Of a DNA stretch of 64,000 nt, positions 59,850 through 64,000 are shown one piece after another. How positions within the stretch are numbered: position 1 is the first letter of the stretch; each line of letters starts with the position of its first letter. A program made the translations under genes and the position numbers. The notes under the pieces were generated by a model. It saw only the letters and a list, made by a program, of their open reading frames with translations, was not told the origin of the DNA and ran no database searches. Origin of the DNA: Paraspadella gotoi (Eukaryota > Animalia > Chaetognatha); NCBI GenBank assembly GCA_051294375.1, contig CM119263.1, positions 23,710,762 through 23,774,761 on the forward strand, written 5' to 3'.

Positions 59850-61675
59850 TTATTTTCTTAGATTCTTTGTCAGTTCTACTCTGGATTTTACAGTAGATTC
59901 GGCGAGAGATACGGGACGGAAAGAGGAAGGAGCGTAGGATAGCGGGGAGGTAAGAGAGACGAGAGAAGAAGATTTCTGGGGCCGAATTCTTGAATTCGCG
60001 GTGGAAAGACTCGAATCCGAGTTTCTATTCATTTCTCTCCACATATTCAGGATTAATAGTTCGCATTCAAAATGAAGACGGCCCTCGTTCACTTACCAAA
60101 GCTTGTATTCAGCAAGCACATACTCGGGCGGTAATACGACGGGGTAAAGATCTCAGTTCTTGAACTCCATTGGCTTAAGGCTCGAGAAGGCAATTTCCGC
60201 AAATCAAGGGAGAATAGAAAAAAAATCTACGAGAAAAAGAAAAAAGGGGGAAAAAAATAGGAGAGGATTTTGGTGAACCATTAGCTCGTCTTATGTGTAC
60301 ATATTTTGGTCAAATTGCGAGTACAGCTCGTACATTTTTCTCACAACGTTCGTGCGCCAATGTATTTTGCGATCTCGGTTATGTAATTATTGCGGTTTTG
60401 TCAAGGAATATATGGAGTACCTTATAATTTCTTGATGGGCCTTTACTTTATTTTTTTTTTCCACACGCATTTTGCGCGCTTCTTACGCGCCTTTTATCCA
60501 TCTTCTGCGTGCCTTCTTTCGCCTTTCCTCCTCAACTTGTATCTCCGTTTTTCTTTCTGTCGTCGAACCGATTCGGGTCCTTCGCCATTAAGACGGGAGC
60601 CGGCGGCCGAGGCGCTGATATAATTCTTTTCTTTTCTTTCTCTCTTTTCTCTCTTTTTTCCTTCTCTATTTTCCCCAGTTTTTGTTTTATTTCCTCGTTT
60701 TGGCTTCGAGTTTACGTTGTCGCCAATCGTTTTCCCACCTATTTTTTTTTCGGAAACTTTACAATAACTTTTTTGTAGTTTACTGTTCAGAGTTTTCATC
60801 TGTTTTTTTTTTTGTTCAATAATCTGGCAAAGAGAACATATTTATTTACCAATCTCTCGTCCGTCACGAATTCGTTGGATAAGACTGTCCTTTCGAAGCG
60901 ACGCTATCACGGGCGATTATCCCGTTCCAAATATAACTTATTATCCTCACGTGATCTCTCGAGAATGTCTGGCTCTTTCTCGAGTCCCTGACCGCAATTA
61001 CGGTTATCATGAACGTCGTCATCGCTGTCATTACCGCGGAGGTCGCCCTCGTCGTCGTCGTCGTCGTCGTTGTCGTCGTCGTCCACGTCGTCTTCTCCTT
61101 TTTCGTCATAATCATCGCGGGGCGGGTCCAAGTAATCGGCAATGTCGGCATGTTTGACTCGTCGTTTTCGTCGTCGATATCTTCGTGGCCACCATTTAAG
61201 CACGTCAATAAATTAGTAGAATTTTGTGGCAAAATAACCTTTTTATTATTGATCTATATTAGATTTTATAAGTGTACATATAATTATCATAACTACTTTA
61301 TTTACATTCAGTATTTTAATTTATTTACAATTTTCTTACAATGAATCCCTTTTTATATAATTTTCACTTTTGTTTTTCCTCAAAACTCATTCGATTTCTT
61401 CTTCTACATTTCAATAAGTCCTGCTGCAGCGTCACGCCACCTCAGGCCCGGACGGCGCTCAGTCCATATTGTACTTTATTCCCCCCACTACTTTTTTTGT
61501 AATATCCTTAACTTAAGCTCAAACATTGTAGGCGTAATTTATCTTGTTTATCTTCGGAATGGAAGCCGTCTTCTCGTCGGCGTCTCATCTCGAACGGGGC
61601 GGAATAGTGGTGCCGAATCTCGGAATAGTGGCGCCCCTTTTGGAAGGCGAGCGATTCTCTAGTCAGCGCCATCTA
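59850..61675 (-). other. Possible uncharacterised or degenerate minus-strand gene with an acidic (Asp-rich) segment
   Basis: GC-richer islands with open frames (MALTRESLAF... from ~61673, DDVDDDDNDDDDDDEG in 60907-61203, Ser-rich 59850-60092) and a GTAAGT donor near 60095. I could not build a consistent spliced model or recognise a family. Confidence 0.3.
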
Positions 61676-61972
61676 TTTATTGGATACCATTTTTCGGCAA
61701 GGCATCGTTTTTTTAGTCGTGGATACAGTTCTGACTAGTATTCAAGTCGCCTGTCATTAATACTTCACTTGGATACCATTCACATTGTCCCGAAGTATGC
61801 ATCGCGTTCAATTTATCTCATAGACATCGCCACATCGCCTCGCCCGCTCTGAGAGAAAGGTGGCACCCAATCGCAATGCATACTTCTCCTCGACTTTCTC
61901 TCGGCTCCGCGGCGTGTGGCCGCGCCCCCTGGCACGAGGGAATTCTCGTTTATTGGAAGCTCAAACAAAAAA

Positions 61973-62175
61973 GCGCGAGCGGCGCGAGCGGCGCGAGCGG
62001 CGCGAGCCTGATTCGCGCTTCGACGTGAAGGAAGGAGATAGGGCGGGGGTAGGGGGAGGGGAAGGAGGTGATGGTGGTGGCGGGAAAAGCGAGGGAGAGT
62101 TTAGGGACGGATATATTTGGAATTGCGTTGGTGGTGCTTGGTGGTGCTTGGTGGTGCTTGGTGGCGCTTGGTGGG
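61973..62175 (+). repeat. Short GC-rich tandem repeats and G-runs
   Basis: (gcgcgagcg)x3-4 at ~61973-62008, G-tracts at 62041-62061 and (ggtggtgctt)x4 at ~62129-62170. Confidence 0.7.
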
Positions 62176-62615
62176 GTGGAAATGGGGAATGAGGGCGAAG
62201 TTGATGGCAGTGATAAGATTTTGGAAGAAGAGGAACAATTTCATTGATTAATAGATTGCAGGGCGTTAATAGATTGAAGGGCGTTAATAGATTTCAGGGC
62301 GTTTTCGTTGCCCTTAATTAAAATAAAGAGGGCGGATTATTGTCTGAGTGAGTGATTTGTAAGATTTCGGTTGAGTTATTACATGGGATGGGGTAATTTT
62401 TTGATTAACTTCATCGCTTAGTATTTAATAGATCACAACATCGGAGTAATGGTTTAGACACAAGCGGTATTGTAATATATAAAGTTTATAAACAGAAATA
62501 AATCGAGAGTATATTAGTAACAAAAACAAGTGAAAAAAGTCTAATAATATGATATATTTGTAGCTTTATAAGTTACCTTGAATTTCCTTAAATTTAGAAT
62601 GATAAAAAAATCTAA

Positions 62616-62658
<43 letters not shown>

Positions 62659-63496
62659 CTCCTGCTCTCGCTCTCTCTCTCACACACAATCCCTGCCATA
62701 TCCGCTAGTGTCGCCATAAAGTCAAAGCAGATTTCATAATTCATAAGCCATTAATTGTTTCCCTCATGAATCGTCCTACATCCTTGAAACAAACTTTCAT
62801 ATTTTGATCGACTTGCCCATTGCCAAGATTCAGTGTACACTATGCAAAACTTGTAACCATCCATCATAATATAAACAAAGATATCAAGAAAAAATATAAA
62901 TAAAACAGGAAGACTTTAAATGTTAAAAATATAAAAATCTTTAAAGATGGAATAGTGAAAGATGTAATTTTGAAATTTTCACATAAATTTTAACGTTTCG
63001 ATTTATAATTTTTAAAATATCATAAGTCTTCCAAGTTTCCCCACCATTTTCTCTTAATCTTAAAAACCAGACCCTCATGAATCAGATCCGCCACCTCCGA
63101 AATAAACGTAATACGCCCCAAAGCTTTTCTTTCTCGTTCCTTCCGGTTGCGAGAGTTTCTGCTCCGCCACCGAAAGAGGTCGCTTTTCTTTCCTCCGTCG
63201 ATGCTCATTTGTCATTCGCCCCAACAATAAAAAAAAAAAAAAAAAGACTAGAAGGAAAATTTCATTCTTCTTTTTTGTTTTTGTTTTTGTCGATTTTTTT
63301 GTCTTTTTTTTTTCCATCCCGTCATTTTCCAAATTTATATTCGGCGGATTTTTTACGAACCGGAAGGAATCAGCTGCTGATTGTGTTTTCTTTTCAACGT
63401 CACTGAATCCAGATCCCGAATTTTTTTTTATTTTTCGCCTCCTCGATTTCTGCCAAGAAGGCGAGAGAGAGGAGAGAGAGCGAGAGAGAGGAGAGA

Positions 63497-63533
<37 letters not shown>

Positions 63534-64000
63534 GAGAGGAGAACAACCTCATCGCACCGACCCGCCGAGCCGACGACTGGCAGATAGCGAGATACTCATT
63601 CCCCTGCGAATCCCACCCCATCCCGTGAGCAACGGCAGCGCGGTGGTACTAGATCTGCGACGAGTAGATAGAGCCTATCCCGCAGATTTCGAGAAAAATA
63701 AGAGGATCACAAAAGATGTATAAAGAAAATAAAAAAAACCGCAGAGCGCCGAAGAAAGAACAAAATATTTCCTGAATTTTCTTCTTTTCTTATACCTCGA
63801 ATTTTTTTTTTTCTCTTCTATGGTTTCCCCCTCTCACATCGGCAATCAACGACCACCATTTTTCCTACTCCCTCTCTCCTCCCACCCCGCGCACAAACAC
63901 ACAACACCGGTGTGCGCACCCCCCGCACAGACGACTCAAGCACAGCCGACTCTTTCTCGTCGCCCAACCACCCCACCAACACACCCACCCCCCCGAGAGC

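Overview
Gene-dense animal (invertebrate-like metazoan) genomic DNA with short GT-AG introns (often 40-100 nt), many (GA)n/(TTTC)n microsatellites and one 10-N gap. Left to right: the 3' exons of parvin (+), with a 10-exon antisense gene for a secreted protein upstream of them, presumably in a parvin intron, that carries three in-frame TAA codons; a complete 12-coding-exon TEAD/Scalloped gene (+); CCDC166-like (-); intronless LRRC34 (-); a SMYD3-like methyltransferase (+); RSPH10B (-) and intronless RSPH1 (-); an SLCO/OATP transporter (+); a THAP zinc-finger gene (+); a RING-H2 gene (+); and several unassigned GC-rich islands. The most striking feature is a complete Vestigial/VGLL (Tondu-domain) gene nested antisense in the 7.4-kb TEAD intron that separates the TEA DNA-binding domain from the cofactor-binding domain, so a transcription factor hosts the gene for its own cofactor. 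Gene identities come from recognising translated motifs by eye. No database search was run, so novelty is unverified.
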